The notes beneath the pieces were generated by a model that saw only the letters and a list, made by a program, of their open reading frames with translations, did not search any database and was not told the DNA's origin. DNA of 64,000 bases from positions 5,153,700 through 5,217,699 of the forward strand of contig CAJINV010000003.1 of assembly GCA_905178155.1 (NCBI GenBank). Reading direction: 5' to 3'. Position 1 is the stretch's first letter, and each line of letters starts with the position of its first letter. Shown piece after piece: positions 39,601 through 52,717 of the stretch. The stretch comes from Amoebophrya sp. A120. Its lineage: Eukaryota; Protista; Dinoflagellata. Made by a program: the position numbers and the translations under genes.

Positions 39601-41403
39601 CGGCCCGCCACCGGAAATAACGGTTCCTAGTACCGAGGGTGGCATAGTAGCTGCTTCTTCTGCGAGCCCCGACGCTCCGGGATGGACATTAGGTAGTGGC
39701 ATGCAAGTAGGTACAGTCGCAGAAGAACAAGCAGGTGAGAACGTCAATCCGCCTGCCTTTCACAATTACGGCTCTGACCTTCCGCCAGAAGGAGGAGCGA
39801 GTGAGGGCTGCAATCCCTCCGCGATAAGTAGAATACCAACTGCTAGAACAAACGGGACAACAACTACCACACCAACGGCAAATGACGGTACCACGACATC
39901 ATCAATGCTGGTGAACAATAATAAAGTGCGGTCGGCCGAAGCGAAGACGCAGCTGCCCCTGCCACACCTCCGCCACGTGGACGGAAGCCACCACCGCAGC
40001 CCCGGCGGCAGCTACTTCGATCAGCAGAACGGCGAACCCAGTGCGTACAGCAAGACCGGACCCTTCGGAACCGACCGCGGGGGCGGGTCCGCCTGGGCCA
40101 GCTGGGAGGATCGGCTGTGGTGCCCGTCGCACGAGCAGGTGACCTACTTCCCGGGGGTGTACACGAACGGAGAGTGCTGTCTGATGAAAATCCAGCACAG
40201 CAGTGCGCCCACGGACGGGAGCGACGAGTGGGAGCAGTACGTGCTGCTGCTCTCGCAGCACGACTCCGCGGAGCGCGTCAAATTCAGTGTGGAGATTTTT
40301 GTCGAGGACGACGAGGACGGGGGGGACGTGGATTTTGAGATGATCCCCGACATCCCGCGGGCTTGGTACCAACACTTCGCGAAGGAGCAGTGGCCCCTGG
40401 ACTGCGGATGCATGAACGACAAGGTGCGGTACCTGAGCAACCCAAGCTTCCTGCTGATGGCAGACGGGGAAACACCCACGGACCTCATGATGGTCCTCCT
40501 TTCCCTGCAAAACTCGCTGAACATCCGCTTCTGGGAGGAAACGTCGCAGACCTCGTTCTTCTTTCGCGAGCTCATCGATTACCACAGTCGCGAAGCAAGG
40601 AGGAAAGAGCGCAAGAAACTATCGCCGAACTTCCTCGAGGCGCTGTCCGAGCAGTGCGTGGGCAACAGTGGACCCTACCGCTACGAAATAAAACTTTTTA
40701 CAAGTCAGCTCAAAGTGCGCTCGCATCTGCTTCAGGTAAAGTTGTGTGTAGCTGCCCCGCACCGCCACTGCTGGTGTTTGCATGCCATGTCGACTTGTTC
40801 TTTTACTTTTTGCAAGCAGTAGGAGTAAATGCCAACTATCTCCTGCAGGAATTGAATAACACGGAAATCTCCGATCGGCGCAGCTCAGGTCGGCAGGACA
40901 CTTTTCTGTGTTCCAAAAGATATTATGTACAGGGACCGCAAGGCAAAACCAAAACGAAATGAACCGCGAAAGCATGTCCGCGGTAATACACCGCCACACG
41001 GAAGCAGAGGCACCTCTAGCGGTGTAACAAGTTTTGCTTCCATACACGCCACAATTGCTGCACGCACCTGATCAAAAATATGAAGCCGGGAACGAGGTAA
41101 ATGGATGTTTTATGTGCCACATTATTATTTTCGCTTTTGCTCTTCTTATGATAGTGTTGATTCGGAAAACCACGGAATCACATGAAACCGCGGATCCAGC
41201 AGCACACACTCACGTCGTCTCTTAGTACCCTTATTTCTACCAAACCGCACAGGTACTTGTGCATTGTGTCGACATTCAAGCCCCTGCAAAGCGGAGACCA
41301 GCTGGACTACGATTTGGAGATCACATCGACTGCAAACGCTAACATCAGCATGAAGCAGCTTTCTGGTTTCACGAAACGAAAGTCCATTTTCCCGCTCCGG
41401 TAA
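36691..41403 (+). CDS. Calpain-7/PalB-like cysteine protease; exons 36691-37552, 37698-38069, 38244-38538, 38811-39091, 39324-40681, 41050-41096, 41253-41403
   Basis: Catalytic triad motifs QGAVGDCSFLA, QNHAYSVL, LKNPWG; LLEKAY, GSN..DGYHLTGWVPE and DDGYFWMEWKD as in calpain-7; two domain-III-like regions with NPQF/NPSF. Confidence 0.88.
40682..41044. mobile_element. Decayed introner (363 bp) in the calpain gene
   Basis: Degenerate TIR TACGAAATAAAACTTTTTACA vs reverse complement of the right end TATGGAAGCAAAACTTGTTACA; imperfect repeat ACCGC/CACGC. Removing element plus 5 nt gives NSGPYR-HNCCTHLIKNMKPGTRYLCIVSTF. Confidence 0.75.
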
Positions 41404-43905
41404 TCGAAACCGATTCTCCTGCACAATCCGCAGAGCCGCCATTTCCGACACGGTGTTGCCAGGTTTCACTTCATACGGACACCGAGACAATTGGCGCAAG
41501 TCAACCTTACACTAAGTTCCTGAAATTGATGTCCCTGCTTGTATCGTTGTCGTTCCCCCCCCGGTGCGCTACTCGGCATTTTCCTCTGGCACTTGTGGTC
41601 GTTTAAGAACCAACTCCGTGTCATTTCCCACCCGACCCCTGACGAGGACCTGCTCATCTCTACTAAAACCCACTCAAACTCCTTGCAACGATGGATCCCC
41701 GACCCGTTTCCCCGACCCGTCTCTGGCATCATTTAGGCGCTGGAGAAAGAAATTTTTGAACTCGCAAAAGAAAATTTGTACTATCTCTACTGCAGAGCTT
41801 TTTCGCAGCTTCTCGCCGTGGCCATATTTATTCTTGTAATCCCCCGCCATTCAATATCGCACGGTTGATAGCCGCGACGACGCACAGCGACGCTTCAAGC
41901 CAATGTGCATGGCAGGTTTGTAGTGACAGAAGAGCAGAACGCAAGCAAAAACATATAAATAAGCTGATGATCGAAACAGTAGCAATTTTCACAACTAGAA
42001 GAGATTTATCGCAAGAATAAGGTTGGAAGTGACGTAGCAGTGAATGTCTTCCGACTCCGAGAAAAGAGTTCATTGCCTACTCATTATTCCTTGTCCTATC
42101 GATTTCGTTTATATTTGTAACAGATTGGCGGAGCACAGTAAGTTTTAAGTTTTTCTGTACTTCATAGACTACATTTTTTGCTCGCGCCTGTGGATTTCTT
42201 GGATGAATAAGTATTCTGATTGGTGCTATGTATCGAAAGATCCCGTGTCTCGTGATTGTAGTTGTAGAGCTGTATGCGCCATGTTGTATTTTATTGGGTT
42301 AGTGGTAGTGTATAGGAACCGGGGAAGGGGAAACTAACTCAACGGTTTTCGCACAGCGCGGCAGAGGCAGCAGAGCCCGTCTCCCAGTCACCTCGACCTG
42401 GCTACAGCTGTACTTTTCGTATCAATCTCTCGAGACCACGCAAAAGGATCATACTTACAGGGATCTAACTAATTTCTGCGACGCACCCGCATCTGGACAC
42501 CCGTGCCCTCGCAAATGTACTGAATTGGGAATGGTTGACCCATTCCTATGCGGTTCTTCTCTTGTATATACTCGCACCTCCCGCCCAGAAGTAGAGGTAC
42601 AGGTAGTATGTCGATTACTTCCGCCGGCCTCCAAGCATGGTTGAGTACAAGAAATTTCTTCTGCCCCGAGTGAACTTGCTACACAAATGTACCTAGTATG
42701 TAAACTTTTGTGCTTAACTTGAAATTCAGGTTGTTCTGAGGCCGGCTGCCAAGAAGAATTATCGTTAACTGAAGCAGAACTTTTTTATTCTCCAACGCTC
42801 ATGCGGTTTGATCAATACTTTATCTTGCAACGTGACGAAAATTTGCTCCGTACAGACGACTACGACCATGATCCAATTTCCATTGTAATACGCTTTCCTT
42901 CGTGCAGCTCGAGCCGCACAGTCTGCTCGGGAGTTTGGACTGCCAAAGGAGCAGTTTGTTCGGCACTGCAGGGGAGAGTCCCAGCTCGGTGGAATGCACA
43001 CAGGCCCTGAATGGCCATGTGCGTGTTTGTTGTGACGACACCTTGCTCGTGGGACGAAGATGAAGATACCACAGCATGCTACGATCTCTTCGCGTCTGAG
43101 CCGATCCAGACAAGAAGTGAGCCGGTAGGAGGTTTTTCACCCCCTGTGCGGTTTTATTCAAAGCAGTGAGTGTCGATTTGCAAACTTGTTCCTATATACC
43201 ACGAGAAAGATTTTCAAGATCTTTCTGATTTTGCGCAGCCGCATAAGAACTCAAAAACCTGGCATCGAACTAATGATGCGAATTTTTTCTTTTCGTACTA
43301 CGATCACTTCTTCTTGATACTCGAAGATCTGTCGATCTTGCGCGTCGATCGGCATATTACCAGGACAGTGCTCGTGAGATCGTTGCTTTCGAGTAAGAAT
43401 GAACGTGCGTATCACGACATACGTTTATACAAGTTTGTCCTCGTACACGTGTGTTGATTCCATCTCCGCCCGCGTTCGTGCAACGCTCCATGTTCCAATT
43501 GATGCGTCGGATCATTACCAAATCCTCTGTTGTGGCGTTTTTTTACAAGATTACGATGCTTGTGGTGCATATGATCAGGCGCGTTCGTTCCCTGAGGAAG
43601 CGCGCCATGTTACAACAAGAACAATGATCAACATCTCTCTTTGCAGCTGGTTTCGTCCGCTTCTACTAGGAACAGCAAGTGTGGTTGAGTTTTATTAGAG
43701 GAAAAAGAATCCGGCGGCACTCTGAACGTCCCGGAACACCAAACCGCATGCCATGCCATGGCTACTCCACTATGAAAAGTAAGAGCCTTGAAAGCGCAAC
43801 CGACTCGTGTCCTGGAAAAGGCTTGTGCACCTCCACACAGGACGTCGATGCGGATGACCGATAAAACTAGTATTTCATCGCATTCTCTCGTCGACTTCGC
43901 AACGG

Positions 43906-46900
43906 ATGAAGACCCTTGCGCTTGTGGTCTCGCAGCAGCTGCGAGCACTGTTTCTCCTGCTGCTCGTAGTACAGGTAGCTCCAGAAACGCATGGCGCACT
44001 CGCAGCGGCGTCAGCGAAAGCGGACCTCCGGCTCGCGGATCGCAGACATGGACAGGACAAAGGCTTTATCGAAGGAAATACGACAGGAAGGGGGCGCCAG
44101 GGTGTCGCGCACCGAAGGCATATTGACACTGCTACGATCGAAAACCACCCTAACCACAACCGTAGCTGCTTCAATCATGGTTCTGAGCTACTACAGGGTA
44201 CTACAATTTGTAACTGCGGAAAGCAAAAATCACTATGTGCAACTTGCTCGAACAAATAAAAGGCGCGGTGGGTGATATCAAAGCTAAAAAAGAGCTCGCC
44301 TGGGTAACAGAGCTTGTCAGGCGCCTGGCCGGGCGGAGAAAAGCTCGAGAAGTATATGTGATTGTAACAACCCTCTTGTGTGCACAACTGCGTGGCGCCG
44401 TCTGGACTGATGACGCGCTTCCTGTCGTGTCGCATACTTGTGGACCTTCGACCTCTGACATTCCACGACTATGACTGCGTCCACCTGGGACCTTCGCCGT
44501 TGCTAGAAAACCGGAGCTGGTCGGAATGGCTCCAGATTTTCGAGCGGGAACCAGCGACGCAGTGGATCACCGCGAGCCACGATTTTCTGCAGATGATCGA
44601 CCGGCTCGACATGGAAGAGTGGGTTGTATTGCGGCACGAGTGCCCCTACGGCTTTGCCAGCTTTCTGTCGGTGTACCTGATGCAATGCATGCTGCAGACC
44701 AAACGCACCTACTCAGACTACGATGAGGACTTCTGGGCCCAGGTTCGCGAAGAGAATGCTCTGAACAAAGACGGAGATGAGACCACGCCAGATCCTGCAA
44801 ACACCGGAGGACACCAGGAGGCGCAAGATGACCGGTTCCCCGCTGGGCCCTTGCTAAGCAAGGCGCGAGAAGACGAGATGGGGTGCTACCTGTCCTTCCA
44901 AGTCGCGAACTTGTTTCATTCTATCCTCACGGAGCACCCTCCTCGCATCTTGTTCGGGACCCGGTGGCCCATCCTGACCATCCTGAGCGCCCGCAACCTA
45001 CAGCATTCGCTACTAGCGCACGACTTCTGGTACAGCGCCGAAAAAAATTGTCTCGCCATCCCGGAAGACCAGGCGACCGCGAATTGGCCGAAGTTGCAGC
45101 GCGCATTTTGGGCGGAGGAGGAGGCAGTAGACCTTTTTCTCAGCCAATCTGAGAAAGTTGTATCCTCTTCCTCTGCTAGTAGAAGTACTACCGGTAGCAC
45201 TTCTAGTAGCCTCCTCAGTCCACGAATCGACCGCCTCGCGAGGTCAACCTCGCCGAAAACGAATCCGCGGCGCCTCAACAGGGAGTGGTACCTGCCCAGC
45301 CTCAACTTCGTCTTCCACAGCCGCCTCAAGCACGGTGGGGGCTTCGCCGAGTGCCCGCTGGGCTACTTTTTTGTCGAGGTGCTCCGCAGCTTCACCTCAA
45401 TGACCTCCGAGAGCCGGTTCTTCCTCGCTCACGAACCTATGATCGCACAGATATGCATCATGGTAAAGAGTGTCTAGTAGTTCGGGCGACATAAACTGCT
45501 AAGCGATGAAAAAGAACGACGCAGAATTACTAGGGAGTAGATGAAAACTACTTACTTATTTGGAAGGAAGTAATTCTTCTCTGCGTAGTTTTGATACGAT
45601 AAGAAATTTTGGTTGTTCTTGTTCCTGATCAATTTACTTCCGCCCTGAGCCGGACACGGACACACTTGCTCTGAATACGACTTGCTCCTGAATAACGAGC
45701 CCGGTAATTACCTGTTCACCCGCTGGCCGTTCTTCATGGTGTTCAACCACATCCGGAAGAGCACGAGACACAAGTTTTATTTCGACTTTTCAGTCACTGA
45801 GCTCCTAGACAGCCGGACCGCCTTCGTGCACCGCCGACTGAACGGTCGGGGGCGGTCCGTCGACTTCCGCACCCAGCTGCCACCAAAATTCCTGCACGTC
45901 ACCACCTCCGTGGCTGGGCTACGTCCTGGACACGAACCGACCTCCCATGCGGTGGATACGGCTGGTGGAACCGCTGCAGAAGTAGACGGAGAGCTGTTGG
46001 ACGAGGCAGCACAGAAAGAAGTGGTCGTCCTGGTGGACGAGGAACCACTAGGGCCTGCCGACGTTCCCCTCGAGGGTACTGCGAGTGGCAAGCTGCAGTA
46101 CTTGGCGACCCGTGGATCCGCGTTGCATCGGAATGTGGTGGAGGTCTTGTCGCTGATGCCCGACGTCTGGGTCGGGGGCAGCCGAGTCTCACGGCCCAAA
46201 CGCCCCGCAAACATGGATGATGAGGAACAAGAAAAGGAAGTACAATCTAGTTCTTCACACGACGACGAGCAGGACGAGAACCACCTCGAAACAACTACAA
46301 CAAATAATCCAGCCATCAAGCAAGAACTAGATGAAGATGATGACTTCGCAACTTTTCCCTCCCCGGGCTTCGCGTACACTACCATGGTGTACGGGGAGAC
46401 TTTCCGGCACTATCTGCCCAGCTTCATCCGGCGCTGGAAGCGGGTGACGGGCAAGGAGAACCTGTTGATCTTCACGTTTGACGACGCCTCGTACAAGGAG
46501 TGTCGAAAGTGGCAGACCGGCTGCGTCGGCGGGGGCACGCCGGGCATCATGCAGAAGTTCACGATCCCCTGGGTGCTGGCGCTGAACGACGTGGACGCGG
46601 TTTGGGTGGATTTTGACGTGTACCCCGTGCAGGACCCCACGTTCTTTTTGCTGCAGCACCAGAACTATCAAATGCAAAAATGTCTGGGTCTGGAAACTTG
46701 TGATGCTGGGTGGGGTATCATGAGGCGGCCACAAGTGCTGGCTCAGCATCACAAGTTTCTGAGCTTCTAGGTGTTGCCTATTCTGAGTGACAAACTGCGT
46801 TTCTGCATGACAGAAAGATGGGGCTCTTGGGTAACGTGCATGACAGACTTTGGGGTCATGCTGGCAGAGCATGAAAGACCTTCCATTCTTCCAGACCCAG

Positions 46901-47907
46901 ACACTTTTACAATCCATAAGAACCGGGCGGCGTTCGAGATTCTGATCAGCGGTTCCTTCGCCACCCCGTGCATCTGCAACGGGATCGTGTACTTCCGCAG
47001 CACGGAGGCGGTGGTCCTGTGGCTGGTGGACGTGCTGCACTGGATGTACGACCACCCCTACGAGCACGACCAGAAGTGCTTCTCCGCCTACTTGAACTAC
47101 ACGGAGCCGGTCACCATGCGGTGGGACCAGCTCCCGCGGACGCAACCCGCGGTGCCCCGTTGGGACACGCTGGATCCCATCCAGCAGTTCGTCACGGCGC
47201 TGGTCGTAGAAGGCAACGGGTGGATGGGGGACTCCTGGCGCGACATGGTGCTCTTCCACTTCCTGCACGGTGACTCGGACAAGGGCTCCGACCTGGACTC
47301 CTCCGGGGCGTGGCTGCAGGACTCGCAGCTGTACGCCAACATGATCCGAGCCGAGGAACAAACGGGTGCAGAAGCAGGAGAAATGACGACGAGTGCAAAT
47401 AATAATCTACCTTCACCCAACGGCGCTACTGCCGAGCTGGAGGTCGTGCCTCTTACTACGGAACAAAAAAACGTCACGCTCATGTATGGCTTGCTCAGAT
47501 GTTACAATCTCAAACGTTACAATACATAGAACCTGGAATTTGTCTTGCATGAACAGCATGAAAACCATACAGAGACTTGGGCTTTTCGCAATACAAATTT
47601 CGTCAGATTCCCATGGGGTTTGGGGCTCCGAAACTTGTCATGCGCGCTCCTTTGGGAGTAGGCCAGATGTTGCGCATTTTGCAACACAAATTCCAGATTC
47701 TATTGTAACGTTTGAGATTGTAACACCTGAGCGGGTTATATCATGGAAACGTTCTATGGACCGCGCTCCACCGAGGAGAAGCGCGTGCAGGCCCTGGAGC
47801 GGTCGCGGCAGTTTGAGCGAGTAAACATTCTGGAGGGCATGACGTGCGGCGTCATTGCCTACCCCTTGGATGATCTGGCGGGGAAGCACAAGCCGCCGGA
47901 CGAGTGA
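43906..47907 (+). CDS. Large secretory-pathway protein with C-terminal nucleotide-diphospho-sugar transferase (GT77-like) domain; 5' exon structure (44200-44510) unresolved; later exons to ~45451, ~45683-46665, 46924-47484, 47746-47907
   Basis: Hydrophobic N-terminus; DxD motif VWVDFDVYPVQDP, CNGIVYFRST and HDQKCF typical of this fold; two clear introners restore frame. Confidence 0.7.
46666..46918. mobile_element. Introner family B, copy B2 (253 bp), inverted relative to B1
   Basis: TATCAAATGCAAAAATGTCTGGGTCTGGAA...TTCCAGACCCAGACACTTTTACAATCCATA; direct repeat AGAAC (46661-46665, 46919-46923); removal gives LQHQN-RAAFEIL. Confidence 0.95.
47485..47740. mobile_element. Introner family C, copy C2 (256 bp), inverted relative to C1
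   Basis: TATGGCTTGCTCAGATGTTACAATCTCAAACGTTACAAT...ATTGTAACGTTTGAGATTGTAACACCTGAGCGGGTTATA; direct repeat TCATG (47480-47484, 47741-47745); removal gives VTLM-ETFYGP. Confidence 0.95.
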
Positions 47908-48490
47908 GCCGCTACCTTTTGAATCCATCTAAGTATCAATGTAAGTATGTAAGTTAATAATTCGTAAGTCAGGACCAGGAATCGTCACAATCCAAAGAAA
48001 CGAAGTATTTGCCCACAGCCGAGGGCAAAACCGACCTCGGAGAGATTCATTTACTTATTTCAGAGCAAGTTTATTTTACTTGATGCAGTTGCGGCTTGAT
48101 CACGATGGACAATTTCCTTTGCTTTTCTACGACTAGGTCGGTAGGGTAAATTGTGCAAAAAAAATACCATGTGTTTGTTTTTTTTTTCTTTGACGGAGGC
48201 AGGGAGCGGAGCGAAAAGACTAAGAAAATGTCATTGGAGTTGTGGGAGGAGCGAAGCCTGCCGTCACACGGTTTCTGGAAATGAGATCCATCTGTCACTG
48301 CTACGTATCTATTTATGACTCTTGCATCCTCGAGTTTTTTTTTCCACTCGTCTATTGTAACAACAACAAGTTCTTCTTCTTGAGTCTGGACGTGGATCTC
48401 GAAGCAGGTGTTTTGGTTTAGTGAGTAGGAACCACTGCTCCTTGACACGGCGCGTCGTCGAACCGAAAGAAAAGCGAAATAGCCAGAAAG

Positions 48491-49552
48491 ATGACGCGCA
48501 ACGTGGACAAGAACTCGTATTTGCTCGTCCCATCGGACGTTACGCTGTTGGAGAACAAAGTATCAATCGGCCGCAAGTCGCTGGGCTTCTTGGAGTTCCT
48601 CGGTATAGCCACCACCTTTCCCATGTACCACAACTCCTACTCCAAGCTCGACGCCAGCGAGAAAAAGGCCGTTCTCACGAAAGAGTACAAACAAAACCAG
48701 CACACGAGACTTGCGTTTTTGTCTTAGACATATTCCGAAGAGGTTCATCTTTTCCATTGTATTACTTTCGCCCAGTGGCAGTTGGTTATTCGTGCACGTG
48801 CACGTAATACAATATTTATCGAGGAATTGATCATTGTTCCACTATGTCTGTCGAAAGCTTCTTCCTTTCATCGAAAAGCCAAAGTGCGTCAGACGCTGCG
48901 ATGCTACTGAAACTCAAACACAGTTACGATTTCCAGAGCTCCAACCCGGAGGTAGAAGTCTGCAAGGCCCGGCAGCTCGCAGTCAGTCGCGAGGTAAGTA
49001 GGACAAGCATGACTTGTTCGTCTGTAGCCAAGGAGCAACGGGATGCGTAATCAGTTGTAGATGGTTGAAGTCCACCCACCTGGCACTGTCTACTCAGTCA
49101 GCCTTGTTTTGTCCAAATCGCATTGATGATATCATCTAGGTTCTTGATGTTCGTGCAATAAATGTCAGGTAAAAAGTCACCTCGGCTGGTGGGCGGGCTT
49201 TGTGGGATTTGGTTTCACCACCTTCTGGTCCGTCCGAAAGTACAACTGGCAAGCCAAGGCCATGTGCATTCCCTTCATGGCCTACGCAGGTACGAGTTAT
49301 GACTCAATGATCGCAATTAGGTGAAATAGTTTAGCCGGTCGTGAAATGAAAATGACATAAAGATAAAGTGCAACATCATGAACTTCAAGTACCCGGAACC
49401 ATTGTTCGGTTTTGTTTTTTATCACAGGATCCTGGGTCGGCCGGTTTGCGGGGGATGCGTTGTCGGGACGCAACGCGGAAACCTACCGTGACCGGTATTT
49501 GGCGAGCCTCCCCGCTAAGATGTACTACAGCCCGCCTTCCGAGAATCCGTAA
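48491..49552 (+). CDS. Small (~169 aa) two-TM membrane protein of unknown function; exons 48491-48684, 48924-48993, 49169-49289, 49428-49552
   Basis: Four exons join in phase through GT-AG introns: MTRNVDKN...LTKD-YDFQSSNPEV...SRE-VKSHLGWWAGFVGFGFTTFWSVRKYNWQAKAMCIPFMAYAG-SWVGRFAGDALSGRNAETYRDRYLASLPAKMYY; strong C/G-ending codon bias. Confidence 0.8.
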
Positions 49553-50373
49553 AAACGTCAGCCGTGCGTCGACACCAGAAATTGATCGGGGAGACATGAT
49601 TTTTTAAGACACGATAAGTGCACCACCACACACGACTTCGATTTGAAAATGTACAGTGAAGGAGCAAACGTCTTCTACGAACAGATTCTTGATGAAAAAA
49701 GTTGTAAACGCGCAAAAATACATACACATGCGAGAGGAGTGCGGCTTGCTATTCTTGTGCCTGAGCGCCGGGAGCCACAAAAAGAAATTGCTATTCAAGT
49801 AATCTCTTGATGTCATTTCAGCACGTCTCACAGTCGTTTTTTCGTGCTGCTTGCCCATTGAATTGAGATGATCGAAATCGAAGTGATCAACAAGATGTAG
49901 ATTGCAGTGGTGCAGCGAGCTGCATGCGTATCAATACACATTCGTTCTTGCATGGGTTCTTAAAATAGAACAGAGATTTTTAGTCAATTGAATCGGTCGT
50001 GAATTTCTCTCTGCTTTTGCTTTTTCGAAATTGGAATTTCTCGAAGATCAAAAGGATCAAGATCATGGAAAAGTGTATGACAGTGAAGATCCCCTCGAAC
50101 TAGATCCATGAGGAATAAAGTATCGGATACATGCAACGAGGCTCTCTAGTGTATCGATTTTCATTGCATTTTAATCCAGAGGAGTCAGTGTGTCAGTCTC
50201 AGTAGTTCCTGTATTGCAATCGGGCGTGTAGAGAACCGCTACATCAGAATCAGCGTCCGATATTTCTTGCTTTTTCCGTTTCTGTCACTTGTATACCGCT
50301 TAGACGACGTCCAGAAATTGACAACTCCCAAGCCTCTTGTGAAAGAATACATCAGCGACAAGTACTTATCAAC

Positions 50374-52203
50374 ATGGCCGAGCAGGTGGAGTTGTGCGTA
50401 GAGCAGTGGGTCGGCCCATTGCACGACTTGTTGCAGCTTGGGGTATTTTCGAAGAAGGAGATCGATCAAATCGTCGAGACCCGCCGCAATCAGGAGTACA
50501 AAATGAAACACCTAACTCGCACGGGCAAAACGGACCTGTATCGCAAAGCTACCCTGCAGGCAATCCAGTACGAAATCGCACTGGACCTCCTCCGGAAGGA
50601 GCGACTTGACAGCCGGAAAATCGACAAGAAAATCACGGAGTCAAGCCTTGCCGGGGTCCGCCGAATCAATGCCCTCTTCCGACGCTTGTGCCACAAGTGC
50701 CCCACCGACGCGAAAGTCTGGCTCCAGTACTTGGATTTTCTTTTGCGATCGGGGCAAACCAAGCAGCTAAAGGAGGTAAGCACTACACCGTGATTCGTTT
50801 TTTTAGAACTTAAATCTCGTGAATCAACTATACATCTGACCGCTACGACTACCGCTAAGTTGTGCGGCAACAATGTTGCAGCTAAGAATCTAAGTTATCT
50901 AACAATAGTTCCCTCTAGTAACCCCGTCAGTTGGGTAAATCATTCATTCATTCATTCATTCATTCATTCATTCACGAGAATCGTTCGCATTACAAACATT
51001 CTTCAGGTGTCCTTCCAAGCTCTGCGACATCATAGTCGCAACCCGCAGCTATGGCTGTTGGCGATCCGCAGAGAGGCGGAGGAAGGGAATTTCGAAGCAA
51101 CCCGTAGCTTGTTCGTACGGAGTCTTCGGTTCCTTCCGAAGGATGTGCAGTTGCTGAAGGAGTATTTCAAATGGGAATTGAAGCATGGAAAAAGGAAGGC
51201 CGACCTCTTGCAGAGCAGAGCAAAGGCACGCGACCCACAGCACCCGCCCGGAACCGAGACAGGCGCTTCAACTCTCCTCTCCGAGGACGCAGCAAAGGTG
51301 TTGCGCCCCGCGGCCGTCGTGCTGACTGGCTGTCTTCGACGGAATGCGGCTGTAGCGGCCGACGTCCTGCCGTATATCGAGGCCTGCGGTGCCCCGGTGT
51401 GCAACCTGTTTGCAACTAGTGTGTTCGCAAGACATTTCGCGCAACGCGAGCCGGGAAGATCCGCATGTTCATCTTCTGAGGGCGGAACCACTAGTACACA
51501 TCCGGAGGTGGTGGATCGAGAGCAGGCCAAGCTGATGCAGTCGTTCGTTGAGAAGTATGCTCCGCTTTCCAAAAATGGAGCGGATGTAGTTCGCAAGGAA
51601 ACCATAGACGGACGGCCCTGCCCGTCGGAAAGTGTAAAAGAGATGGAAGCGGCGTTCCCGGTGCCAGCCCTTGCAGACGAGGTGGCGTTTGCAGATCTTG
51701 GGCAAGAGGAGGAGGAGGAGAGCGGCAGCGAGGAAGAAGAGTCGTCTTCAGAGATTGGCGGAGCGGAAAGCGTGCGCGGGCTTGCTGAAGAAGACGGAGC
51801 GACGATGAAGAAGAACGAAAAATCTTCACAGGCCGACCCCGAAGGACGAGCAAGAAACGAACTGAAAAACAACGAGCATTCCGCGGAGTCGAGTGTTGAT
51901 GATGCGACCTCTGATTATACCAAGCGACAGCTTTTAGAGACCCTTCAACGAGGACGCGCCGCTGGCTCCGAGCACAGCAAGGAAGATGTCAGCGACGCGG
52001 AGGAGGAAGAAGAAGAAGAGAGTGACTCCGGTGCAATCTCCGACAACGATCTCGAATCTTCTGCTAATAATCGGGTAGAAAAAGCAGGTGTAAGCCCAGT
52101 GGACAGGGAAGATCTGTCCGATGAAGATTCGGAGGCAGCAAGCAGCGACGACGAAGATGAGCACCTAGAGCCAAATCTGAAACGACCAAAATTTCTCGAC
52201 TGA
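50374..52203 (+). CDS. UTP6: U3 snoRNA-associated protein 6 (HAT repeats, acidic tail); exons 50374-50775, 51007-52203
   Basis: MAEQVELCVEQ..LHDLLQLGVFSKKEIDQIVETRRNQEYKM, IQYEIAL.LL, HAT motifs KVWLQYLDF, NPQLWLLA, RSLFVRSLRFLP. Confidence 0.85.
50940..50974. repeat. (TCAT)n microsatellite in UTP6 intron
   Basis: About 8.75 perfect copies read directly. Confidence 0.95.
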
Positions 52204-52717
52204 CGCCATGCACTCGTCATAACGTTGTAGAACATAAAAATGGATGAATCTGTCAGACTGGATCGCCTTCACCATCGTAACTGCGGGAGCTGCTCTATGA
52301 GAAAGTCGATTGCTTCGTCATTTGTCTATGCGTGTTCTGGGAGTGAGACAACACACAGGGTATCGTGGCCTACAGCCGGGAAGCTAGAAATTACTTACAT
52401 TACAAGGCAAGTTGTATGTCGTTGTCGGTAGTACTTTCAACATGAACGGGCGCAAAACGAAAGATTTCGTAGCGCCGCAAGACAGCAAGGCGGTGCTTGT
52501 CTCGCGTCTTGAATCGAACTTTAGTTGTGCTTGGTAAGAAAAAGAATGGGTGGGGTTCGTACAGCGTCTTTTCGTGGTCGTTTGTGAATGGAATATTCGC
52601 AGCAAAAAAATCAAAAAACCTGAACTAACACTCGAAAGGTAAGTAAGTACATGGTCGTTATCGATTATCGAACTCGCACCTCGGTAGCTTGAGTTTTTTT
52701 TTGAACAAGATTCAAGA

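Noticed and set aside
41404-43900. Possible gene in the 2.5-kb spacer after calpain
   Set aside because: Only short ORFs without codon bias or consistent splice phases; I could not build a model.
44234-44392. Possible short decayed introner (TATGTGCA...TGCACAA) joining ORFs 43906 and 44380
   Set aside because: The frame fits but the TIR is short and there is no TSD. A canonical intron 44198-44506 fits equally well; unresolved without cDNA.
48418-48633. Minus-strand GKVVAIPRNSKKPSDLRPI resembling a non-LTR reverse transcriptase motif
   Set aside because: It is the antisense of exon 1 of a well-supported spliced + strand gene, has a stop just upstream, and no further RT motifs follow.
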